64,000 nucleotides of DNA from Camelus ferus (lineage: Eukaryota): assembly GCF_009834535.1 (NCBI RefSeq), contig NC_045707.1, positions 61,010,001 to 61,074,000 on the forward strand, read 5' to 3'. Position 1 is the stretch's first letter, and each line of letters begins with the position of its first letter. This document shows, piece by piece, positions 25,265-35,833 of the stretch. The notes beneath the pieces were generated by a model that was not told the origin of the DNA, did not search any database, and worked only from the letters and a program-made list of their open reading frames with translations. The translations under genes were made by a program, and so were the position numbers.

Positions 25265-25420
25265 TGGGCTTGCCAGAGAAAACACAGGAAATGTGAATTT
25301 CAGATAAATAAGACATATTTTTAAAATATAAGAATGTGCCATGCAATGTTTGGGGCATACTTATGCTTAAAAAAATTACAGAGTGCCTTGTATTTTCACT
25401 TCCTAAATCTGGCAACTCAA
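25265..25420. mobile_element. MER53 palindromic hAT MITE with internal deletion
   Basis: Ends ttgccaga / tctggcaa; core tgaatttcagataaa...gtgccatgcaatgtttggggcatacttat. Confidence 0.85.
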
Positions 25421-25817
25421 CACTATCTCATTTTTGAAGGAGTAAAAGGAGGCCAATGGCTGGAGTGGAGTGAGGAAAAGGGAAGGTAGAAATGGACAAA
25501 GTAAGAGGCTCCGGGGGCCAGAGTGTGTGGGGCCGCTGTAAGAACGTTACCTTTCACTCCAGCCAGGACTGGAGATCCCTGGAGGGTCTGAGCACAGAGG
25601 TGCTGTGACTTTTCTTAAAGTGTAAAAGAACCAGCTGGCCGGCTGTGTTTCACGTGGGGGGCGGGGGGCAGAAGCACAGAGACCAGTTTGTAGGCTATTG
25701 CAAAAATCCAGATGAGAGGTCGTGGAGGTGGGGAGAGGCGATGGGTGAGAGTCTGTGTGGGAAGCCTACGGCCTCCACTGGCGGACTGGACTTGGGGCGC
25801 ACGCGAGAGAAGGGGCT

Positions 25818-25943
25818 GGGGGCAGGGCACACCTCGGGGTAGCGTGCGTGCCCTGGATACCCGAGGCTCTGGGTTCCATCCCCAGTCCCTCCATTAAAAG
25901 TGAATAAATACATAAGCCTGATTACCTCCCCCTCCCCCCAAAA
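25818..25943 (+). mobile_element. Camelid vic-1-type SINE, GC-shifted copy
   Basis: ctgggttccatccccagtccctccattaaaa...cctgattacctccccc is colinear with the copies at 9373 and 14364. Confidence 0.85.
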
Positions 25944-26509
25944 GGAGGCGGGGTTGAGTTAAACCAAAGAGGGAAACTTCCGGTGGAGCAGAGTCTTGGA
26001 GCCGAGCTCGGGAGGAACGTGAGTTCATTTTTGATACTTTGCGTTGTCCACGTCTGCTGGGAAAGTGGAAAGGGGAAAATGAACGCAGGGGTGAGGAAAG
26101 GGCGAGGAGGCTGTTGAGAAAAAATTGATGTCGGTGACTGTCCTAGGGAGCTCGTGACCAGGGGCAGCTGCTGGCGTGTGGCAGTCTCTTGAAACCCAGG
26201 GCAATTCGGGCCATCAGAGCCCTCAGATGGTGGAGGCTGAGCTGGACGTCGTGTCTCCCGGCCTCCAGCGCCGAGGTCCCCCCGAGTCGCTGAATGCCGC
26301 CGACGCCACCGCCACCTACGTCTCCTGCTGCATGGCCGGGTTCACCCTTCCTACCACGTCCCCTCAGAGCAGAGTAGTTGTGAGAAAAATGTATGAGAGT
26401 TACTCTTCCTGACGATTCCCTCAGAAGGAAAAAGCAAAACCTCTAGAGGGTGAAACACATCTTTATTATTATCCTTATTGTTGTCACTACTGTTACCACA
26501 ACCGCAGCC

Positions 26510-26588
26510 CTTTGAAGTGACTGTGAGGTGATTGCTTTGAGGTGACTCCTGTGAGGTTACTTCTTTGAGGTGACTCCTGTGACATGAC
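26510..26588. repeat. 14-bp minisatellite (ctKtgaggtgactY), about 6 units, alternating as a 28-bp dimer
   Basis: ctttgaagtga | ctgtgaggtgattg | ctttgaggtgactc | ctgtgaggttactt | ctttgaggtgactc | ctgtgacatgac. Confidence 0.9.
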
Positions 26589-27779
26589 GGAGCCCTTCTG
26601 TCCCCAGCTCACACAGCCCAGCCCCCTGCGGTCTGGAGAGCCCTCTCCTTTCTTCCAGGTCTTAAGGAGGCTCCCGAGTCTTCCTGTGGAGCCCAGGCGG
26701 CCAGCAGACGTTATCATTTCATCTCTCCCACCCGCTAAAACTTGGCTCCTCCTCAGGGCACTTTCGCATTTTCCCACAGTTTCCTTCTTGAGTCCTTTTT
26801 AGTCAACCGCTATGTTTTCTCCTCCCCTTCTCCGTAGATCCTGTGAGAACTTGGCAACTCTTTCTTCCGCTGATTTGGTTACTTTCCCCTCCTCCTCCCC
26901 GATCTCATTCCTTATAGCTTGTTATAGACCAAAATTTGGTTTGCATTTTTGTTCTATCTGATGCTAATCAATAAGGCTCAGAATGGAGCTTTTGTCTTTT
27001 TTTTTTTTTTTTTAAATCCTTCATTATGTTACTTACGGGTTTCTCAGTTTCATTCAGAAATCAATTATACATCCCTAATGATGAAACTTCATTTGGGCAA
27101 GTTTTGGTGATTCTCTTCATGCCAAGTCTGTGATAGGATTGCCAGCTGGGATAAAATTGATAACAATTGCCATTAGTATTTTGTTTCAAGATTATCAAGC
27201 TCCACTCGAAAGTTTCCCACCGGCTTTATTTTGGGAAGAAGTTACTTGATCCAGAGATCTGGATGTGGGAGATCCTCACGGTTCAGGTCGCTAGGTTTAA
27301 GTCGTTTAATGACTCTGGCTTGACTGAAACTCAGACTCTAGTTCCACACGGTTCTGCGGCTCCCTCTCTGACCCTCTCTTTCTGCCAATTAGCTAGGTTT
27401 GAATTCAGAAGCCTTTTTCTTCGATGCCAGTGACTCGTGATGATCCTAGCAAATTCCCGCTCTTGAGCTCAGTGAAGGGGAGAGTTCTCAGTCTTCAGCC
27501 ACTGGCGTCTCATAGGAGTTCTCCCCTTTTGGGTCTATGGGAATGTGATATGGGTGAACTTTTCTTTGAAAGAAGTGCCTCAATAGTCAGTAAGCCCCTG
27601 TAGGCGGGTCCTAAAGGGACTTTTCTTACAGCCATATCTGCTCCGTAGACAGTATTTTTGTGGTGAATCTTTACTGTGCTGCTAGGCCTTATCTTGGAAA
27701 GGCCATCCTGTCTTTGGCATCTGCAGTTCTCAAAACAGTTGATTGGAAAAATACTGTTTTTCCCCTTTGTACGCTGCCA

Positions 27780-27970
27780 CATATTGAGCTCTTGTTCTGT
27801 GCCAGGCAATGTACTTCTCTTTTACATAGAGCATGCATTCCGTTCTCACGACCCATCTTAAGGATGGAGACTGAGCCAAACAGAGGTTAAATAACTTGCC
27901 TAAGTTTGAGCTGGTAAGTGTGGGAAACCAGGGTTTGAACCAGATCTGTCTGATTCTAAAACCTGTGTTC
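27780..27970 (-). mobile_element. MIR SINE
   Basis: ctgtgccaggca...ggagactgagcc...agaggttaaataacttgcctaag...tttgaaccagatctgtctgattc. Confidence 0.85.
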
Positions 27971-28887
27971 ATAAGGACAAAACTTCCTGATTCACTAGGG
28001 GGTTTAAACTAAATCAGAAGAGAATCAAGACAATTCCCTTCTCTCCCATAGATTTTAGTTTCTCTAGAGTATTTCCAACCACTATGATACTCATTTGAAA
28101 TCTAAAAGTTGGATTGTCTTTGCAATATTCTTTCTCTAGTCCCAGAGTCAGAACCCTCATGAGCTGAAAGAAATCCTAAATCTCTAAGCTGCCAATTAAA
28201 AGAAAATACTATTTTGAACATAGTGAGGTCTTAAATATGAAACCGACTGTATTGTACGTCAGCAATAGACTAAATAGCTACTAAATGCCAAGCTATGGGG
28301 AACAGGTGCTCATTACAGACAGACCGTCTAATTCTTCCGTGATTGCTGCACAGTGATTGTTCTAATCCTAATGTGTTTGCTGGATGCCCAGCACCTTGCT
28401 GACAGGTTAGCGCAGGTTAAACACGGAGGTGGAAGATGAGAGAGTCATTTGTCTTCTCTTTACTGTTGCTCCCGGCAGAAGGTCAGGCGATGAATTCCAA
28501 ATGAGAAGCCAAACTAACTGGGCCCCTTTCGATGTGTGCTTGATGAGGTGTATCTGATGGGGCTTTTATTGGTCAAGCTTGAAGGATCATCTTTTCAGAA
28601 AGGTCAAATTCCCCATTATCAAGGAATAGGGAAATCAGGCTAGAGGACTGCTAGGACCTCTGCTGCTAGGTTTCTTCCTTTCTCATTTCTTACGCATAAG
28701 AAAGACATATAAAAAACTTACAAGTGACAGATGGGATGTCCACATGGAAATAAGACTTTATTATATTTCCTCTCAACTGCCTACTGTGATTACGTACCTG
28801 AATGTAAGGAAAAGGTAAGCAAAATTAATGGTGCAACAAATACAATTCACTTTTTTTCTCCTCCTCCTCCAGCCTCCTAGGACCCAT

Positions 28888-29115
28888 CGTGTGATGGGGA
28901 AAGAGCTCAGATTCTGAAGTTGAACAGCTCTGGGTTTAAATCTTGGCTACTTCACTTGTTGGCTTGATTTTGGGCAAGTGACACAAATCTAATTTGTGGT
29001 TTCCCATCTATTAAGTAGGGATGAAAATAGTACCTATTATAACATGGTTACTATGAAGCTTAAAAGGATGTTTGTAAAATCTTTAGCATATGGTAAGTAT
29101 TGAGTAGATGGGAAC
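28888..29115 (+). mobile_element. MIR SINE
   Basis: ctgggtttaaatcttggct...ttgggcaagtgac...tttcccatctattaagtagggatgaaaatagtaccta. Confidence 0.8.
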
Positions 29116-31234
29116 TGTTTGAAAAGAATTTATTATTTTTATCACAGAGAACATACTAGTTTATGAGTTGAAAATACTGATAGAAATGGGGATAGAAATT
29201 CATAAAGGGAGTGGGAGGATAATGTGGGGACTCCCTGATACCAATTGTATGTAAATCATTTAACCATATGTAAAGGGTCGTATTTTAATTCTGCACTCTG
29301 AGAGAAGACTGAATCACTTCCATTTTCATCAGTAAATGCTGAAGGTAGTAATAGGGTGAGGACCAAGAATTCCTGCCTGCCTACTTGGAAATGACTAATC
29401 TCCTTTCTCTAATTTAATAAAGTAGGATAATGCTGGGAGTGGGTGAGAAGGAGAATATGAAAGTGGCCAGAGTGGCAGTGGGGTCAGAAGGGAGGGGAAA
29501 AAGTCTGAGGTCAGCCCTGACCTGTGTTCCTCAGCTATGACTAGAACATCATTTGATATCCAATGTCCTCTGTCAACTTGATTACCAGGCACAGGTGAGA
29601 GCTCTGAATTAAGCTGAGTGGCACATGAGTGCCTAATTCCCACTCTCCTAGCCAGCCAGGGCAAGGTTTCTTAGGCAAGTTCATCCTGAGGGCAAAGGCT
29701 TAGGTGATGTTTTTTGAGGGATGGTATATTCATTTATAATAAGGTATACAGGAAGCTGTACTAACTGTCATTCGTGGACCCATATGAGGAGAGAATTGCA
29801 TTAGGAAGCTCACCGTGGGGTGGAGGGAGATACCTTTGAACTCTGCAGCTCAGCAGGTGATCACCTATTCCCTTGCTGTCCATGGGTGAGTGGAGAGGCT
29901 GAGAACAATTTCACCTCCACGGACCATCCCTAAATGCACTTGCGTTCAGTATATAGGCAACTAGAGATTTTCCTTCTTGTCCTCAGATGTTTGCTTTCTA
30001 CACTGTGCGTGTTTTTGGATGAACTGTATTTAGCTTTTAGGTTAAGATGTTGAAGGCATCCTGATTTTGTTTAAATGGAAATCACCACCTGAAGTATTAG
30101 ACTATGGCTGTAGATAATTCTTCAGATTGTGTTAAGACTCCTCTACCAGTTATTGAAAAATGCTTTGCCTTGCCGAATGCAGACATTGGGCTCCCGTCTT
30201 CTTAAATATAAATGAGAATGCCAAATTCATTTCAACTTTCATACTTGCATGAGTTTGGTCTACTGCTTCCAAGCAAGCCAAGCAAATTCTCCAAATACCA
30301 AACCTAAGATGGAGAATCCAAGGGGCAGCCAGGTCATTGTTCTCGTCCATGCTGCTCCTCCCACCCCCACCCCAGCTACTGGTGGAAGGAGTTTCAATAA
30401 CTGCTTAAGACAACAGGCCAATGGACCCTGTCAAATTGTCCCCAATACCAGTTCAACTGCTGGGTTGTTTTTTTTTTTTTTTTTTTTTGTATCATAAAAG
30501 CAATGCTTAGCCTATATTCTCAGCCCCTGAACTGCATTATCCAGACCTGGTTAACTTGCTCTCCTCTGCCAATAGATTTGCATCATTTTTTTATGTCTTG
30601 TTGGACTGCCCTGTCTCCAGTTCTGTTGAGACTGTCTGTGGGTGGTTTCCCTGTACCGGGATGACAAGGGCAAAGGTCAGAGCTTCCATGATTCATTTCC
30701 TTTTTGCTGCACGCAGTGGATGGTTTTCTGGGTGAGTCACTCGGATGCCAAACACAGGAGGGATATTCTTCACATAGAGGCCCCAAGGCTCCGCTATGCC
30801 CTGAGCTAGAAGCACTGAGTTCTTAGTATCTTCTTAAGATTTTTGTATGTATTCCGATGATTTGATAACCCCTTCTGTATCCCCTATCTTTGTGTCTGAT
30901 GACTCTGATTTGTGAATACTGCCTACCCCTTGGAGAACTTTCCGGTATCTTGTGGAGCCCTACTGAATTCTGACTCCAGAATAATTGGACTCTTAAAAAT
31001 ATACCCCAAACATACTCCAGTACTGAAAAAAAATCTCTGGTATGTCATCAATACAGGAGCATTCACAGCGGTCTACTCATGGCTCCTCAAAGATCCAGCC
31101 TTGTCTTTTTCTCCCAGAATAACAATCTGCAGAAGGAACACAGGCACCAACAGAAAGATGTTTAAATACCTAGAGCTCAGCACTGCAGTAAAGTGTGTTT
31201 TCCTCAGTGAAGGGAGGCTTATTATTTTCTTTCT

Positions 31235-31460
31235 TTTTTTTTAACCTTTTAAAAATTATGAAACAGAATATACAAACAGAAAACATAAATGAATAGCGTA
31301 ATGAATAATTACAAAGCGAACACCCCTCAATCAAGAAGGAGAATGTCGCGGGGCCAGAAGCCCCTCCTTTGTTTACTTTCTAGACTACACCCCCCTCCCT
31401 CCCTTCTAGAAATAACGACTATCCTGACTTCTGTGATAATCACTTCCTTGCTTTTCTGAC
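31235..31460 (-). mobile_element. L1ME-like 3' end
   Basis: aatgaataattacaaagcgaacacc...ccagaagcccctcc...aataacgactatcctgacttct. Confidence 0.75.
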
Positions 31461-32127
31461 CACCTATATTTGCAAGGTTATTATTTTCTAAAGCCATATC
31501 GCTTCTATCTTCTGCTGGTGGCGCTCAGTCACTCATTTGTATTAAGTAATGACCACAGGATGACATTGGGCAGGAGTTGTGTATATGCACTGGTCTCTTC
31601 CTCATCCCCAAATTCCAAAGAACTGCTTATCTGTGTTTTCTGTGTCATTAGCTAACAACATTCCTGGTACGACACATGTTTAAAATAATGACAGTGAAGA
31701 GGTAAAACAACCCTGGAACTTTCCATGGCGTCTCTCCTGCATTCTGGGTTTTCAGAGATGCACGTAGAGTTAAATAACTTTGTAATTCCCATAACACCTC
31801 CCCTCTCTTTTAATTTCCCTGGGAAGTGGCCCGGAATGTTCTAAAGTATGCAGAACTTGGGCATAAAAAGTACCCGTTTACACCCCCAGGCCTGTTTCCT
31901 ACCATGAGAACACGCGTGCCATTTCAAATATTTCATTCACACTCTTCATTGCAACTCACTCCAAGGATTCTTTGACCTTCTTTGGTCTGACACATTATCT
32001 GCTGAGCTAGAAAAAAAAGATAAGTGGGAATGGGACTTAAAACCTCATTCTTGACATTTATTACCTTGTCTTCCTTTACTTCCTTGATTGGCTCAGGCAG
32101 GTTTGTGGGCGAGGGGAAGGAAAACTA

Positions 32128-32315
32128 ACACTTATTATACCCCTAATTTGTACTCTGCACTTTTGAGTCCGTTATCTTATTAAACACTAATGACGCTGTG
32201 GGGTAATGTTGACTGTCTCCATTTTGTGATGGAGATCACTGAATGGCAGAAAATAACTATCCAGGGTCATGTAGTTAGAAATAGGCACAAGCAGGAATTC
32301 AAAGGTCTGACAAGT
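32128..32315 (-). mobile_element. MIR SINE, degenerate
   Basis: tctccattttgtgatggagatcactga...ccagggtcatgtagttag. Confidence 0.6.
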
Positions 32316-33339
32316 TCTGTCTTCTTTATCAAGCTGTCTTTCATTTCACTTGCCTGATGACCTTGAAGCACTTCCATTTCTATTAGAATGAAAAATTCTT
32401 GGAATTATTCATAGTCATGGGGTTCAAGATCTCAAAACATTTTTCCTCTTCAGAGCACTGGCTTAGGCTTAGGAATCTCCGGAATAATGGGCTTTAGGTT
32501 TTGGTAGCTCCATAGGGCTGGAGGGGGCATGGTCAGTCTCTGAAGCTCTCTTTTGACCCACGGCCACTTTCTGTGCTTCCTGCCACCGCAGGTCTGACTG
32601 TCTCTGTGACCTGTAGTAGGCTTCATAAGCTTAATGTGAGAAAAGCCAATCAGAAGACATTAAAGGTGACACGGATTAGCACTGCCTGGAAATATCCACT
32701 GTGCTAGAGAGTCACTCACTTAGAGGACAATTTGGTGAAGTGCATCTCCATCCTGGACCTTATCCAAGGTGTGGTCACTGAAGCCCCATGAGGGTTTTGG
32801 TCTTGCCTCTAAGGTGCTTCCCCACTGTGGTCCCTGTAGCCACATTTGTGTCTCAAGAGTGGAGCAGGTTAAATGCTTGTGTGAAACAGTTTGGTCAGTC
32901 AAGGAGCAGGTGTTGGGCAAACAAACCAAGCAGGGATGGATTTAATTTTGGATAACATCTGAAGGTCTTAACAGAGTATGTTAAAGTTATTTTCAGATGT
33001 GCTTCTGAATTATCCAAATCCATGTCCTTAACTTTGGGAGGGAGTAACATCTGAGTCGCACTAAGTGTGGAACCAGAGAGGCTGGGACCTTGGGCCAGTG
33101 GCTTTCACTCACCACATGAGTTCCGGAGCCCAGCGTGAAAGGGCCTTTTCTCAGGGAAGGAGGTTGGAGAGAACGTTGGTGGCAGCTCCGCATCAACACT
33201 CTGGGGCATTTTAACTTGTGTGAGGTGGGGAGCGAGTCTTCATCCTCTTGCTGATCCAGGCTCTCCTCTCTGACTCCTCTGAAAGGATCCACCGTTGTTA
33301 CCCTCCTACGAAATGCTTTCCCTCCTTGTGTCATATGTA

Positions 33340-33670
33340 TGTTGAATGATTTGTTCATTCTTGATTCGCTCATTTAGTCAACACACAGGTTTTGAGCACA
33401 CACGAAGTGCCAGGCACTGTCTTAGGCCCTGGTGACATGCGAGTGAACAAGACAGACAAACGACACCATGTGTTTCCTTTCGGAAAGTTTTCATTTTTTT
33501 CAATGAACTTTTAACACACCATGATGTAATTAGAAGTGCAAAGGAAAAAAGTTGCCTGTGTCTGTCGTCACAGGAATGATAGAAAACAGTGCCGTGGGTA
33601 ACGCTCAGACCAGCGTGACACATCGGGGAAGTAGTGAGGATTTTACTGAGAGACGGAGCCTGAGCCTCAT
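33340..33670 (-). mobile_element. L2 LINE 3' end
   Basis: ttcattc...gagcacacacgaagtgccaggcactgtcttaggccctggtgaca...gtgaacaagacagaca. Confidence 0.8.
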
Positions 33671-34294
33671 AAGTAACTAGCTACATGGATTTATTTTCCT
33701 TGCTCTCCTCCTTGCTGTTTCTGTACTGACAGCAACGTCTGGGATTTTGTTTTTGTGAATTTTTGTGGATTTCGTTTTGCGATTTCGAACTTGTGAAGCC
33801 ATTGGAGGAGCCCTGTTGTTTGTTTCCTGGCTTGGTGCGAGGTACCAAACCTTTCCATACACGGAAACAGTTTAATATCACATGTGTTAGAACTGAATGG
33901 GACCCTCAGTGTTTATCCACTGAGAGCTGAGTTCCAGATGGGGAAGCGATTTGCCCAACATCCGTGGCTGGGTTAGTAGCAGCTGGTCCTGTTCTTCTGA
34001 CTCCAGAATGGAATTCCTGCCTGATTTGTCTTTTCTGACATCTGCTCTGCCACTGGCCAAACGTCACTGTGCCCCTGATGCCTCTCTGTATATGACACAT
34101 GTAGCGGCTATAGTGACAATATGGCTAATACTTATTGAGAGTCTCCCGGATGCTAAACAATGAGCTGAGGGCTTTATATGTATGACGTTTTTTAATCCTC
34201 CCAACATTGGAAGGGCAGCATTATTATCATTCTCATTTTACAGGTGAGCAAACAGATTAGAGAGGCCAAGTCAGTGACTCGCTTACCAGCTATA

Positions 34295-35232
34295 TTAAAA
34301 AAAAACAGACTATCTTGAACAACAAAATAAATAATAATAGCATTGTATTAAAACTCAGAATAAGATGAATATCCATGAATTCATACTGATATCAGTAAAT
34401 AATTGAATACATAAATAAATTGAGGAGAAGGAACAATTCTTCCTTATAGAAGGATTCCAATTAATAAATAAAGAAGGGACGAGGGAAATAAAAAATTACC
34501 ATTTGAACACCACAGTAAGAACTGTTGCTATAACTCAATTAAAAAATGTTAAAAAAATGAACTGTTGCAGGTATCAATGCATGAAAGTTTGAGGACAAAC
34601 ACGATATTTGCAGCATCTCAAAGTGTCTCCCTCAAGGTATTTACTAATTAAAAAAGGAAAAATAATAACTTTACTATTAAAGGATTAATAGCAACCCAGC
34701 AGACACCACCCCAACTAAGCAATCAAGGCTAACGTCACTAGGAATAAGATACAATGATGTCTTGTACCCCTGATATGCACTGGAAGGGAACTTTGCTTTT
34801 GTGGTATTCTTGCTAAAGAAACATCAGTCTCATCTTGTATAGCATCAGCCTCATCATGAGAAAACACCTGACAAACACCAATTAAGCAACATTCTACCAA
34901 TTATCTACCACAGCTCTTCAAAAGTGTCAAGGTCATGGAAGTCAAGGAAAGTTTGAGGGCCTGTCACAGTTCGGAGTAGACTAAGGGGACATGACAACTC
35001 AGTGCAAATGTGAAATCCTGGAAAAGAAAGAGGGTGTTAGTGAAAAAACTAGTAGCAACCAAATAAGTATCACTGTAAATCAGAGTAGCATCGTATCAAT
35101 GTTAATTTCTTAATTTTGATAATTGTGTTATGGTTATACAAGATGTTAACATCAGGTAAGGACATACGGAAATTCTGTACCATTTTTGCAACTTTTTGGG
35201 AAGTCTAAAATTATTTCAAAATTGAAAGTTAG
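34295..35232 (+). mobile_element. L1MC-like LINE-1 3'UTR
   Basis: aatatccatgaattcatactgata, cagacaccaccc...aagcaatcaaggctaacgtcac, ttcaaaagtgtcaaggtcatg, gcaactttttgggaagtctaaaattatttcaaaa. Confidence 0.9.
34529..34558 (+). mobile_element. 30-bp L1 3' tip insertion with 10-bp TSD
   Basis: gaactgttgc (34519-34528) - tataactcaattaaaaaatgttaaaaaaat - gaactgttgc (34559-34568). Confidence 0.75.
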
Positions 35233-35743
35233 GAAGTAGATTATAGGATAGATTGCTAAGCCCCATCTCAGACTTACTAAATTGGAATTTTTCAGGCTGG
35301 TATGACCCAGAAGTTTGTACTTGGGGGGGTCTCTGTACCCAAAGTCACACATAGAGGAAGTGATAGGGCCATGATTTGAACCCAGCCAGGTCTTCCTGCC
35401 TTCAAAACCCCTGCTCCTTAGCAGAGCAGACTGTCTAGAAGAGATGTGAAGTAAATGGAGATTCAGATAAAAAAATATCAATGATATTTGAGATAAAAAT
35501 TCTCAGCATAAATTATTGTCTTTTTATAGCCTGTTCTTTTAAAAATACAGCCATACATGGATTTAATGAACTGCATAGAACTAAAGATTAAATCATCCTT
35601 CCTGACCTTAATTCCCAGATCATTTCCATTGGTTTTAAATAGGCAACACCTTTCTCTCAACCAAATGCTGTGTATACAAGTTATAATGCCATTGTTGGTG
35701 GAGAGGAACTTGAAACTATGATTGTAAATGTCGCTGTTGCAAA

Positions 35744-35833
35744 GTATAGTCAAATCATAAGAATTTAATTGTGTATAAATTGTATATATGTATAGACAAA
35801 TCATAAGAATTTAATTGTATATAAAATATATAT
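35744..35833. repeat. Tandem duplication, 46-bp period, 2 copies
   Basis: gtatagWcaaatcataagaatttaattgtRtataaa at 35744 and 35790. Confidence 0.9.

Larger units (their letters stand above)
24895..26160 (-). mobile_element. L2 LINE 3' portion, interrupted by MER53 and a SINE
   Basis: attcaacaagtattcattga...gtgttctaggtactagagata...ggaggccaatggctggag...gagaccagtttgtaggctattgca...gagttcatttttga. Confidence 0.8.
34115..35420 (-). mobile_element. MIR SINE split by L1MC and a MER5 fragment (MIR parts about 34115-34280 and 35337-35420)
   Basis: ctcattttacaggtgagcaaacagattagagaggccaagtc continues about 1 kb later as cccaaagtcacacatag...gatttgaacccag. Confidence 0.7.

Noticed and set aside
26176..26412. 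GC-rich 78-aa ORF with Kozak-like gccgccgacgccaccgccacc
   Set aside because: The Kozak-like run is not followed by ATG, the peptide is unrecognised, and stop-codon loss is expected in a GC-shifted tract
26510..26588. CRISPR-like periodic repeat
   Set aside because: Units are directly adjacent with no unique spacers, there are no cas genes, and the DNA is mammalian
27075..27150. Box C-like AATGATGA suggesting a C/D snoRNA
   Set aside because: No suitably placed CTGA box D with a terminal stem
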